A DNA stretch of 64,000 bases from Octopus sinensis. Its lineage: Eukaryota. Shown here piece after piece: positions 30,041 through 44,000 of the stretch. The translations under genes and the position numbers were made by a program. The notes beneath the pieces are model-generated. The model made no database searches. It had not been told where the DNA came from and was given only the letters and a program-made list of their open reading frames with translations. The stretch lies in assembly GCF_006345805.1 (NCBI RefSeq), contig NW_021832610.1:1-64000 (forward strand). Direction: 5' to 3'. Position 1 is the stretch's first letter. Each line of letters begins with the position of its first letter.

Positions 30041-33000
30041 ATGAATTTGCATATATATACATAATTTGCACATATATATACATAATTAGCATATATATAC
30101 ATAATTTGCATATATCTATACATAATTTGCATATATATATACATATTTTGCATATATATATAGATATTTTGCATATATATATATACATAATTTGCATATA
30201 TATATATAATTTGCATCTATATATACATAATTTGCATATATATATACATAATTTACATGTATATATATATATATACATAATTTGCATATATATATATATA
30301 ATTTGCATATATATATACATTATTTGCAAAAATAAGTACATAATTTGCATATATATGTACATAATTTGCATATATATATACATAGTTTGCATATATATAT
30401 ACATAATTAGCATATATATATACATAAAATGCATATATATATATATATAAATAATTTGCATATATATATACAGAATTTGCATATATATATACATAATTTG
30501 CATATATATATACATAATTTGCATATATATATATATATAAATAATTTGCATATATATATACATAATTTGCATATATATATACATAATTTGCATATATATA
30601 TACATAATTTGCATATATATTTACATAATTTGCATATATATATATATACATAATTTGCATATATATATATACATATATATATAAATTATGTATATATATA
30701 TGCAAATTATGTATATATATATGCAAATCATGTACATACATATGCAAATATGTACATATATATGCAAATTATGTATTTATTTTTGCAAATAATGTGTATA
30801 TATATGAAAATTATGTATATATATGCAAATTATGTATATATATATATATGCAAATTATGTATATATATGCAAATTACGTAAATATATATGCAAATTATGT
30901 ATACATATATGCAAATTATGTTATATATATGCCAATTATGTATAGATATATGCAAATTATGTATATATATGCAAATTATGTATATATATATGCAAATTAT
31001 GTATATATATATGCAAATTATGTATAATATGCAAATTATGTATATATATATGCAAATTTGTATATATATGCAAATATGTATATTTATAGCAAATTATGTA
31101 TATATATATATATAATTATATATAGCAAATTATATATATATATATATGCAAATTATGTGTATATATATGCAAATTATGTATATATATATATGAAAATTAT
31201 GTATATATATATATGCAAATTATGTATATATATATATATGCAAATTATGAATATATAAATGCAAATTATGTATATATATATATGCAAATTATGTATATAT
31301 ATATGCAAATTATGTATATATATATGCAAATTATGTATATATATATGCAAATTACGTATATGCAAATTATGTATATATATATGCAAATTATGAATATATA
31401 TATGCAAATTATGTATATATATATGCAAATTATGTTATATATATATGCAAATTATGTACATATATATGCAAATTATGTATATATATATATGCAAATTTTG
31501 TATATATATAAGCAAATTATGTTATATATATATGCAAATAATGTATATATATGCCATTATGTATATATATATACAAATTATGTATATATATATGCAATTA
31601 TGTATATATATGCAAAATATGTACATATATATGCAAATTATGTATATATATATGCAAATTATGTATATATATATGTAAATTCTATATATATATGCAAAGT
31701 ATGTATATATATGCAAATTATGTATATATATGCAAATAATGTGTATATATATGCAAATTATGTATATATATATATATGCAAATTAAGTATATATATGCAC
31801 ATTATGTATATATATATGCAAATTATGTATATATATGCAAATTATGTATATATATATATGCAAATTACGTATATATATATATATGCAAATTATGTATATA
31901 TATATGCAAATTATGTATATATATATGCAAATTATGTATATATATATGCAAATTATGTATATATATGCAAATTATGTATATATATATGCATATTATGAAT
32001 ATATATATGCAAATTATGTACATATATGCAAATTATGTATATATATATATGCAAATTATGTATATATATATGCAAATTATGTATATATATAAGCAAATTA
32101 TGTATATATATATGCAAATTATGTATATATATATATGCAAATAATGTATGTATAAGCCAATTATCTATATATATATACAAATTATGTATATATATATGCA
32201 ATTTATGTATATATATATGCAAATTATGTACATATAGATGCAAATTATGTATATATATATATGCAAATTATGTATTTATATGAAAATTATATATATATAT
32301 GCAAATTATGTATATATATGCAAATTATGTATATATATATAAAATTATGTATATATATGCAAATTATGTATATATATGCAAATTATGTATATATATGCAA
32401 ATTATGTATATATATATATGCAAATTATGTATATATATATATGCAAATTATTTATATATATATATGCAACTTATGTATATATATATGCAAATTATGTATA
32501 TATATATGCAAATTATGTATATATATATGCAAATTATGTATATATATATGCAAATTATGCATATATATATATGCAAATTATGTATATATAGATGCAAATT
32601 ATGTATATATATGCAAATTATGTATATATATATGCAAATTATGTATATATATATATATATGCAACTTATGTATATACATATGCAAATTATGTATATATAT
32701 ATATGCAAATTATGTATATATATATATATGCAAATTATCTATATATATATGCAAATTATGTATATATATATGCCAATTATGCATATATATGCAAATTATG
32801 TATAGATATATGCAAATTATGTATATATATGCAAATTATGTATATATATATGCAAATTATGTATATATATATGCAAATTATGTATATATATATGCAAATT
32901 ATGTATATATATATGCAAATTATTTATATATATATATATGCAAATTATGTATATATATATGCAAATTATCTATATATATATGCAAATTATGTATATATAT

Positions 33001-34461
33001 ATATGCCAATTATGCATATACATGCAAATTATGTATATATATAGGCAAATTATGTATAGATATATGAAAATTATGTATATATATGCAAATTATGTATATA
33101 TATGTGCAAATTATGTATATATATGCAAATCATGTATATATATGCAAATTATGTATATATATATATGCAAATTTTGTATATATATTTGCAAATTATGTAT
33201 ATTTATATGCAAATTATGTATATATATATATATATAATATATATAGCATATTATACATATATATATATGCAAATTATCTATATATATATGCAAATTATGT
33301 ATATATATATGCCAATTATGCATTATAATGCAAATTATGTATATATATATACATAATTTGAATATATATATATATAATTTGAATATATATACATAATTTG
33401 CATATATATATACATAATTTGCATATATATACATAATTTGCATATATATATATATACATTATATGCATATATATATATACAAAATTTGCATATATATATA
33501 CATAATTTGCATATATATATACATAATTTGCATATATATATACATAATTTGCATATATATATACATAATTTGCATATATCTATACATAATTTGCATAAAT
33601 ATATATAAATAATTTTCATATATATATGCATAATTTGCATATATATATACATAATTTGCATATATATATACATAATTTGCATATATATATACATAATTTG
33701 CATATATATATATACATAATTTGCATATATATATATATACATAATTTGCATATATATATATACATAATTTGCATATATATATATAATTTGCATATATATG
33801 CATAATTTGGATATATATACATAATTTGCATATATATATACATAATTTGCATATTATACATAATTTGCATATATACATAATTTCATATAAATACATAATT
33901 TGCATATATATATACATTAATTTGCATATATATGTACATAATTTGCATATATATATACATAAATTGCATATATATATACATAATTTGTATATATATATAG
34001 ATAATTGGCTTATACTACATTACATATTTTGCATATATATATATACGTAATTTGCATTATATATACATAATTTGCTTATATATACATAATTTGCATATAT
34101 ATATACATAATTTGCATATATATAATACATAATTTGCATATATATAAAATAATTGCATATATATATCATTTAATTTGCATATATATATACATAATTTGCA
34201 TATATATACATAATTTGCATATATATAACATAATTTGCATATATATATACATAATTTGCATATATATATACAAATTATGTATATATATGCAAATTATGTA
34301 TATATATATGCAAATTATGTATATATATATGCCAATTATGCATATATATGCAAATTATGTATATATATATGCAAATTATGTATAGATATATGCAAATTAT
34401 GTATATATATGCAAATTATGTATATATATTTGCAAATTATGTATATATATGCAAATTCATG
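30041..34461. repeat. Satellite A block with three orientation switches; direct repeat of 24351-28683
   Basis: Same switch sequences at ~30670, 33345 and ~34265. Confidence 0.92.
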
Positions 34462-36365
34462 TATTTATTTATTTATTTATTTATTTATAGATTCTCTTTA
34501 TAGATACTATTTAATGATTCTATTTATAGATACTATTTATAGATTCTATTTATAGATTCTATTTATTTATTTATTTATAGATTCCATTTAAATATTTATT
34601 TATTTATTTATAGATTCTATTTATTTATTTATTTATTTATAGATTCTATTAATAGATTCTATTTATAGATTCTATTTATAGATTCTATTTATTTATTTAT
34701 TTTTTTATTTATTTATTTATAGATTCTATTTATAGATTCTATTTATAGATTCTATTATTTATTTATTTATTTATTTATTATTATTTATTTTTTTATTTAT
34801 TTAAGATCTATTATTGATCCTGTTTATAGATTCTATTTATTTATTTATTTATAGATTCTATTTATTGAATCTATTATAGATTCTATTTATAGATTCCATT
34901 TATAGATTCTATTAACAGATTCTATTTATAGATTATATTTATAGATTCTATTTATTTATTTATTTATTTATTTTATTTAGATTCTAGTTATAGATTCGAT
35001 TTATAGATTCTATTTATAGATTCTATTTATAGATTCTATTCATGTATTTATTTTATTTAATTATTTATAGATTCTATTTATAGATATATTTAATGATTCT
35101 ATTTATAGATTCTATTGATGTATTTATTTATTTATTTATAGATTCTATTTATTGATTCTATTTATAGATTCTATTCATGTATTTATTTATTTATTTATTT
35201 ATTTATTTATAGATTCTATTTATGGATTCTTGTTATAGATTCTATTTATAGATTCTATTTATAGATTCTATTTATAGATAATATTTATTTATTTATTTAT
35301 TTATTTATAGATTCTATTTATAGATTCTATTTATAGATTCTATTTATAGATTCTATTTATAGATTCTATTTATCTATTTATTTATTTTTTTATTTTCTTA
35401 CTTATAGATTCTATTTATAGATTCTATTTATAGATTCTATTTATAGATTCTATTCATGTATTTATTTATTTATTTATTTATTTATAGATTCTATTTATTG
35501 ATTCTACTTATAGATTCTATTCATGTATTTATATATTTATTTATTTATTTATTCATTTATAGATTCTATTTATAGATACTATTTATAGATTCTATTTATA
35601 GATTCTATTTATAGATACTATTTATTTATTTATTTATTTATTTATTTATAGATTCTATTTATAGATACTATTTAATGATTCTATTTATAGATACTATTTA
35701 TAGATTCTATTTATAGATTCTATTTATAGATTCTATTTATAGATTCTTTTTATTTATTTATTTATTTATTTATCGATCATTTATTTATTTATTTATTTTG
35801 TTATTTTTAGATGCTATTTATTTAATTTATTTATAGATTCTATTATTTATTTATTTATAGATTCTTTTATAGATTCTATATATTGATTCTATTTATAGAT
35901 TCTATTTATTTATTATTTATTATTTATTTATAGATTCTATTTATAGATTCTATTTATTTATTTATTTATTATTTATAGATTCTATTTATCGATTCTATTT
36001 ATAGATTCTATTTATGGATTCTATTTATAGATTCTATTTATAGATTCTATTTATTTATTTATTTATTTATTTATAGATTCTATTTATAGATTCTATTTTT
36101 AGATTCTATTTATTTATTTATTTATTTACTTATAGATTCTATTTATTGATTCTATTTATAGATTCCTTTTATAGATTCTATTATAGATTCTATTTATAGA
36201 TTCTATTTATTTATTTATTTATTTATTATTTATTTATAGATACTATTTATAGATTCTAGATATTATAGATTCTATTTATAGATTCTATTTATTTATTTAT
36301 TTATTTATTTATTATTTATAGATACTATTTATAGATTCTATTTATAGATTCTATTATAGATCATT

Positions 36366-36400
<35 letters not shown>

Positions 36401-37981
36401 TTTTTTATAGATTCTATTTATTGATTCTATTTATAGATTCTATTTATAGATTCTATTTATAGATTCTATTTATTTATTTATTCATTTATAGCTTCTATTT
36501 ATACATTTTATTCATAGATTCTATTTATAGATTCTATTTATAGATTCTATTTATAGATTCTATTAATTTATTTATCCATTTATAGATTCTATTTATAGAT
36601 TCTATTCATAGATTCTATTTATAGATTCTATTTATAGATTCTATTTATAGATTCTATTTATTTATTTATTTATTTATCTATAGATTCTATTTATTGATTC
36701 TATTTATAGATTCTATTTATAGATTCTATTTAAGGTTCTATTCATAGATTCTATCTATTTATTTATTTATTTATTTATTTATAGATTCTATTTATAGATT
36801 CTATTTATAGATTCTATTTATCGATTCTATTTATTTATTTATTTTTTTATTTATTTATAGATTCTATTTATAGATTCTATTCATAGATTCTATTCATAGA
36901 TTCTATTTATAGATTCTATTTATTGATTCTATTTATAGATTCTATTATTTATTTATTTATCTATTTATAGATACTTTTTATAGATTCTATATTTATTTAT
37001 TTATTTATTTATTTATTTATAGATTCTATTTATAGATTCTATTTTTAGATTCTATTTATTTATTTATTTATTTATAGATTTATTCATTGATTCTATTTAT
37101 AGATTCTTTTATAGATTCTATTTATATATTCTATTTATAGATCTATTTATTTATTTATTTATTTATTTATTTATAGATTCTATTTATAGATTCTATTTAT
37201 AGATTCTATTTATAGATTCTATTTATTTATTTATTTATTTAATTATTTATAGATTCTATTTATAGATTCTGTTTATAGATTCTATTTATTTATATATTTA
37301 TTATTTATTTATTTATAGATTCTATTTATTTATTGATTCTATTTATAGATTCTATTTATTTATTTCTTTATTTATGTATAGATTCTATTTATTGATTCTA
37401 TTATAGATTTTATTTATAGATTTTATTTATAGATTCTATTATAGATTCTATTTATAGATTCTATTTATTTATTTATTATTTATTTATTTATTTATAGGTT
37501 CTATTATAGATTCTATTTATAGATTCTATTTATAGATTCTATTTATAGATTCTATTTATAGATTCTATTTATTTATTTATTTATAGATTCTATTTATAGA
37601 TTCTATTCATAGATTCTATTTATAGATTCTATTTATAGATTCTCTTTATAGATTCAATTTATTTATTTATTTACTTATTTATTTATTTATTTATAGATTC
37701 TATTTATAGATTCTATTTATAGATTCTATTTATAGATTCTATTTATAGATTCTATTTATTTATTTAGTTATAGATTCTATTTATAGATTCTATTTATAGT
37801 TTCTATTTATAGATTCTCTTTATAGATTCTATTTCTTTCTTTCTTTCTTTATTTACTTATTTATTTATTTATTATTCTATTTATAGATTCTATTTATAGA
37901 TACTATTTATAGATTCTATTTACACATTCTATTTATAGATTCTATTTATAGATTCTATTTATAGATACCATTTATAGATTG
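34462..37981 (-). repeat. Satellite D array, inverted (~3.52 kb), mirror of 20789-24350
   Basis: TATAGATTCTATT units; rare variants mirror the left arm. Confidence 0.95.
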
Positions 37982-38021
37982 GAACCAGTTTGAACCGGTT
38001 TGAACTAGTTTAAACCGGTTT
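37982..38021 (-). other. Linker J, inverted copy
   Basis: GAACCAGTTT GAACCGGTTT GAACTAGTTT AAACCGGTTT. Confidence 0.9.
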
Positions 38022-41000
38022 TTAGTTGCTGTTCTATTTTTAGTTTATTTGTTCTATTTTTAGTTGCTGTTCTATTTTTACTTGCTGTTCTATTTTTAGT
38101 TGCTGTTCTATTTTTACTTGCTGTTCTATTTTTAGTTGCTGTTCTATTTTTAGTTTATTTGTTCTATTTTTAGTTTATTTGTCCTATTTTTAGTTGCTGT
38201 TCTATTTTTAGTTTATTTGTCCTATTTTTAGTTGCTGTTATATTTTTAGTTGCTGTTCTATTTTTAGTTTATTTGTTCTATTTTTAGTTGCTGTTCTATT
38301 TTTAGTTGCTGTTCTATTTTTAGTTTTTTTGTCCTATTTTTAGTTGCTGTTCTATTTTTTGTTGCTGTTCTATTTTTAGTTTATTGTTCTACTTTTAGTC
38401 GCTGTTCTATTTTTAGTTTATTGTCCAATTTTTAGTTTATTTGTCCTATTTTGAGTTTATTTGTCCTATTTTTAGTTTATTTGTCCTATTTTTAATTTAT
38501 TTGTTCTATTTTTAGTTTATTTGTTCTATTTTTAGTTGCTGTTCTATTTTTAGTTTATTTGTTCTATTTTTAGTTGCTGTTCTATTTTTAATTGCTGTTC
38601 TATTTTTAGTTGCTGTTCTATTTTTACTTGCTGTTCTATTTTTAGTTGCTGTTCTATTTTTAGTTTATTTGTTCTATTTTTAGTTTATTTGTCCTATTTT
38701 TAGTTGCTGTTCTTTTTTAGTTTATTTGTCCTATTTTTAGTTGCTGTTATATTTTTAGTTGCTGTTCTATTTTTAGTTTATTTGTTCTATTTTTAGTTGC
38801 TGTTCTATTTTTAGTTGCTATTCTATTTTTAGTTTTTTGTCCTATTTTTAGTTGCTGTTCTATTTTTAGTTTATTTGTTCCATTTTTAGTCGCTGATCTA
38901 TTTTTAGTTTATTTGTCCAATTTTTAGTTTATTTGTCCAATTTTGAGTTTATTTGTCCTATTTTTAGTTTATTTGTCCTATTTTAAATTTATTTGTTCTA
39001 TTTTCAGTTTACTTGTTCTATTTTTAGTTGCTGTTCTATTTTTAGTTTATTTGCTCTATTTTTAGTTGCTGTTCTATTTTTACTTGCTGTTCTATTTTTA
39101 GTTGCTGTTCTATTTTTACTTGCTGTTCTATTTTTAGTTGCTGTTCTATTTTTAGATTATTTGTTCTATTTTTAGTTTATTTGTCCTATTTTTAGTTGCT
39201 GTTCTATTTTTAGTTTATTTGTCCTATTTTTAGTTGCTGTTATATTTTTAGTTGCTGTTCTATTTTTAGTCTATTTGTTCTATTTTTATTTGCTGTTCTA
39301 TTTTTAGTTGCTGTTCTATCTTTAGTTTATTTGTTGTTTTTTTAGTTGCTGTTCTATTTTTAGTTTATTTGTCCTTCTTTTAGTTGCTGCTCTATTTTTA
39401 GTTGCTGTTCTATTTTTAGTTTATTTGTTCTATTTTTAGTCGCTGTTCTATTTTTAGTTTATTTGTCCAATTTTTAGTTTATTTGTACTATTTTGAGTTT
39501 ATTTGTCCTATTTTTAGTTTATTTGTCCCATTTTAAATTTATTTGTTCTATTTTTAGTTTATTGGTTCTATTTTTAGTTGCTGTTCTATTTTTAGTTGCT
39601 GTTCTATTTTTAATTGCTGTTCTATTTTTAGTTGCTGTTCTATTTTTACTTGCTGTTCTATTTTTAGTTTATTTGTTCTATTTTTAGTTGCTGTTCTATT
39701 TTTAGTTGCTGTTCTATTTTTAGTTGCTGTTCTATTTTTACTTGCTGTTCTATTTTTAGTTGCTGTTCTATTTTTAGTTTATTTGTTCTATTTTTAGTTT
39801 ATTTGTCCTATTTTTAGTTGCTGTTCTCTTTTTAGTTTATTTGTCCTATTTTTAGTTGCTGTTATATTTTTAGTTGCTGTTCTATTTTTAGTTTATTTGT
39901 TCTATTTTTAGTTGCTGTTCTATTTTTAGTTGCTGTTCTTTTTTTAGTTTATTTGTCATATTTTTAGTTGCTGTTCTATTTTTAGTTGCTGTTCTATTTT
40001 TAGTTTATTTGTTCTACTTTTAGTCGCTGTTCTATTTTTAGTTTATTTGTCCAATTTTTAGTTTTTTGTCCTATTTTTAGTTGCTGTTCTCTTTTTAGTT
40101 TTTATTTGTCCTATTTTTATTGCTGTTATATTTTTAGTTGCTGTTCTATTTTTAGTTTATTGTTCTATTTTTAGTTGCTGTTCTATTTTTAGTTGCTGTT
40201 CTTTTTTTAGTTTATTTGTCATATTTTTAGTTGCTGTTCTATTTTTAGTTGCTGTTCTATTTTTAGTTTATTTGTTCTACTTTTAGTCGCTGTTCTATTT
40301 TTAGTTTATTTGTCCAATTTTTAGTTTATTGTCCTATTTTGAGTTTATTTGTCCTATTTTTAGTTTATTTGTCCTATTTTTAATTTATTTGTTCTATTTT
40401 TAGTTTATTTGTTCTATTTTTAGTTGCTGTTCTATTTTTAGTTTATTTGTTCTATTTTTAGTTGCTGTTCTATTTTTAATTGCTGTTCTATTTTTAGTTG
40501 CTGTCTATTTTTACTTGCTGTTCTATTTTTAGTTGCTGTTCTATTTTTAGTTTATTTGTTCTATTTTTAGTTTATTTGTCCTATTTTTAGTTGCTGTTCT
40601 ATTTTTAGGTTATTTGTCCTATTTTTAGTTGCTGTTATATTTTTAGTTGCTGTTCTATTTTTAGTCTATTTGTTCTATTTTTATGTGCTGTTCTATTTTT
40701 AGTTGCTGTTCTATCTTTAGTTTATTTGTTGTATTTTTAGTTGCTGTTCTATTTTTAGTTTATTTGTCCTATTTTTAGTTGCTGCTCTATTTTTAGTTGC
40801 TGTTCTATTTTTAGTTATTTGTTCTATTTTTAGTCGCTGTTCTATTTTTAGTTAATTGTGCCAATTTTTAGTTTATTTGTACTATTTTGAGTTTATTTGT
40901 CCTATTTTTCGTTATTTGTCCCATTTTAAATTTATTTGTTCTATTTTTAGTTTATTGGTTCTATTTTTAGTTGCTGCTCTATTTTTAGTTGCTGTTCTAT

Positions 41001-44000
41001 TTATAATTGCTGTTCTATTTTTAGTTGCTGTTCTTTTTACTTGCTGTACTATTTTTAGTTTATTTGTTCTATTTTTAGTTGCTGTTTTATTTTAACTTGC
41101 TGTTCTATTTTTAGTTGCTGTTCTATTTTTAGTTTATTGGTTCTATTTTTAGTTTATTTGTCCTATTTTTAGTTGCTGTTCTCTTTTTAGTTTATTTGTC
41201 CTATTTTTAGTGCTGTTATATTTTTAGTTGCTGTTCTATTTTTAGTTTATTTGTTCTATTTTTAGTTGCTGTTGTTCTATTTTTAGTTTATTGTCATATT
41301 TTTAGTTGCTGTTCTATTTTAGTTTATTTGTTCTACTTTTAGTCGCTGTCTATTTTTAGTTTATTTGTCCAATTTTTAGTTTATTTGTCCTATTTTGAGT
41401 TTATTTGTCCTATTTTTAGTTTTTTGTCCTATTTTTATTTTATTTGTTCTATTTTTAGTTTATTTGTTCTATTTTTAGTTGCTGTTCTATTTTTAGTTTA
41501 TTTGTTCTATTTTTAGTTGCTGTCCTATTTTTAATGCTGTTCTATTTTTAGTTGCTGTTCTATTTTTACTTGCTGTTCTATTTTAGTGCTGTTCTATTTT
41601 TAGTTTATTTGTTCTTTTTTAGTTTATTTGTCCTATTTTTAGTTGCTGTTCTTTTTTTATTTTATTTGTCCTATTTTTAGTTGCTGTTATATTTTTAGTT
41701 GCTGTTCTATTTTAGTTTATTTGTTCTATTTTTAGTTGCTGTTCTATTTTTAGTTGCTATTCTATTTTTAGTTTTTTGTCCTATTTTTAGTTGCTGTTTA
41801 TTTTTAGTTTATTTGTTCCATTTTTAGTCGTTTGTTCTATTTTAGTTTATTTGTCCAATTTTTAGTTTATTGTTCTATTTTGAGTTTATTTGTCCTATTT
41901 TTAGTTTATTGTCCTATTTTAAATTTATTTGTTCTATTTTTAGTTTATTTGTTCTATTTTTAGTTGCTGTTCTATTTTTAGATTTATTTGCTCTATTTTT
42001 AGTTGCTGTTCTTATTTTTACTTGCTGTTCTATTTTTAGTTGCTGTTCTATTTTTACTTGCTGTTCTATTTTTAGTTGCTGTTCTATTTTTAGATTATTT
42101 GTTCTATTTTAGTTTATTTGTCCAATTTTTAGTTGCTGTTCTATTTTTAGTTTATTTGTCCTATTTTTAGTTGCTGTTATAATTTTAGTTGCTGTTCTAT
42201 TTTTAGTTCATTTGTTCTATTTTTATTTGCTGTTCTATTTTAGTTGCGTTCTATCTTTAGTTTATTTGTTGTATTTTAGTTGCTGTCTATATTTTAGTTT
42301 ATTTGTCCTATTTTTAGTTGCTGCTCTATTTTTAGTTGCTGTTCTATTTTAGTTTATTTGTTCTATTTTTAGTCGCTGTTCTATTTTTAGTTTATTTGTC
42401 CAATTTTTATTTTATTTGTACTATTTTGAGTTTATTTGTCGTTTTAGTATTTTTAGTTATTTGTCCCATTTTTAATTTATTTGTTCTATTTTTAGTTTTG
42501 GTTCTATTTTAGTGCTGTTCTATTTTTAGTTTATTTTCTATTTTTAGTGTTTGCTGTTCTATTTTTAGTTGCTGTCTATTTTTACTTGCTGTTCTATTTT
42601 TAGTTGCTGTTCTATTTTTAGTTTATTTGTTCTATTTTAGTTTATTTGTCCTATTTTTTGTTGTTGTGTTCTATTTTTAGTTTATTTGTCCTATTTTTAG
42701 TTGCTGTTATATTTTTAGTTGGCTGTTCTATTTTTAGTTGCTGTTCTATTTTCAGTTGCTGTTCTATTTTTAGTTTATTGTTCTATTTTTAGTTTATTTG
42801 TCCTATTTAGTTGCTGTCTATTTAGTTTATTTGTCTATTTTTAGTTGCTGTTATATTTTTAGTTGCTGTTCTATTTTTAGTTTATTTGTTCTAATTTTAG
42901 TTGCTGTTCTATTTTTAGTTGTGTGTTCTATTTTTAGTTTATTTGTCCTATTTCTAGTGCTGTTCTATTTTTAGTTTATTTGTCCAATTTTTAGATTTTT
43001 TTTGTCCTATTTTGAGTTTATTTGTCCTATTTTTAGTTTATTTGTCCTATTTTCAATTTATTTGTTCTATTTTTAGTTTATTTGTCCATTTTTAGTTTTT
43101 GTGTCCCATTTTGAGTTTATTTGTACTATTTTAGTATATTTTTTTCCTATTTTAAATTTATTTGTTCTATTTTCATTTTATTTGTTCTATTTTTAGTTGC
43201 TCTTCTTTTTTTAGTTTATTGTTCTATTTTTAGTTGCTGTTCTATTTTTAATTGCTGTTCTATTTTTAGTTGCTGTTCTATTTTTACTTGCTGTTCTATT
43301 TTTAGTTGCTGTTCTATTTTTAGTTTATTTGTTCTATTTTTAGTTTATTTGTCCTATTTTTAGTTGCTGTTCTATTTTTAGTTTATTTGTCCTATTTTTA
43401 GTTGCTGTCCTATTTTTAGTTTATTTGTTCTAATTTTAGTTGCTGTTCTATTTTTAGTTTATTTGTCCAATTTTTGGTTTTTTTGGTCCTATTTTGAGTT
43501 TATTTGTCCTATTTTTAGTTTATTTGTCCTATTTTAAATTTATTTTTTCTATTTTTTAGTGTATTTGTTCTATTTTTAGTTGCTGTTCTAATTTTAGTTA
43601 TTTGTTCTATATTTAGTTGCTGTTCTATTTTTACTTGCTGTTCTATTTTTAGTTGCTGTTCTATTTTTACTTGCTGTTCTATTTTTAGTTGCTGTTCTAA
43701 TTTTAGGTTATATTGTTCTATTTTAGTTATTTGTCCTATTTTTAGTTGCTGTTCTATTTTTAGTTTATTTGTCCTATTTTTAGTTGCTGCTCTATTTTTA
43801 GTTGCTGTTCTATTTTAGTTATTTGTTCTATTTTTAGTCGCTGTTCTATTTTTAGTTTATTTGTCCAATTTTTAGTTTATTTGTACTATTTTGAGTTTAT
43901 TTGTCCTATTTTTAGTTTATTGTCTATTTTTAATTTATTTGTTCTATTTTAGTTATTGGTTCTTATTTTTAGTTGCTGTTCTTTTTTAGTTTATTTGTTC

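Noticed and set aside
43-34555. More than 100 ORFs rich in YIYANYV / MQIMYI / CKLCI
   Set aside because: They are translations of satellite A, open in several frames on both strands at once, with no non-repetitive domain
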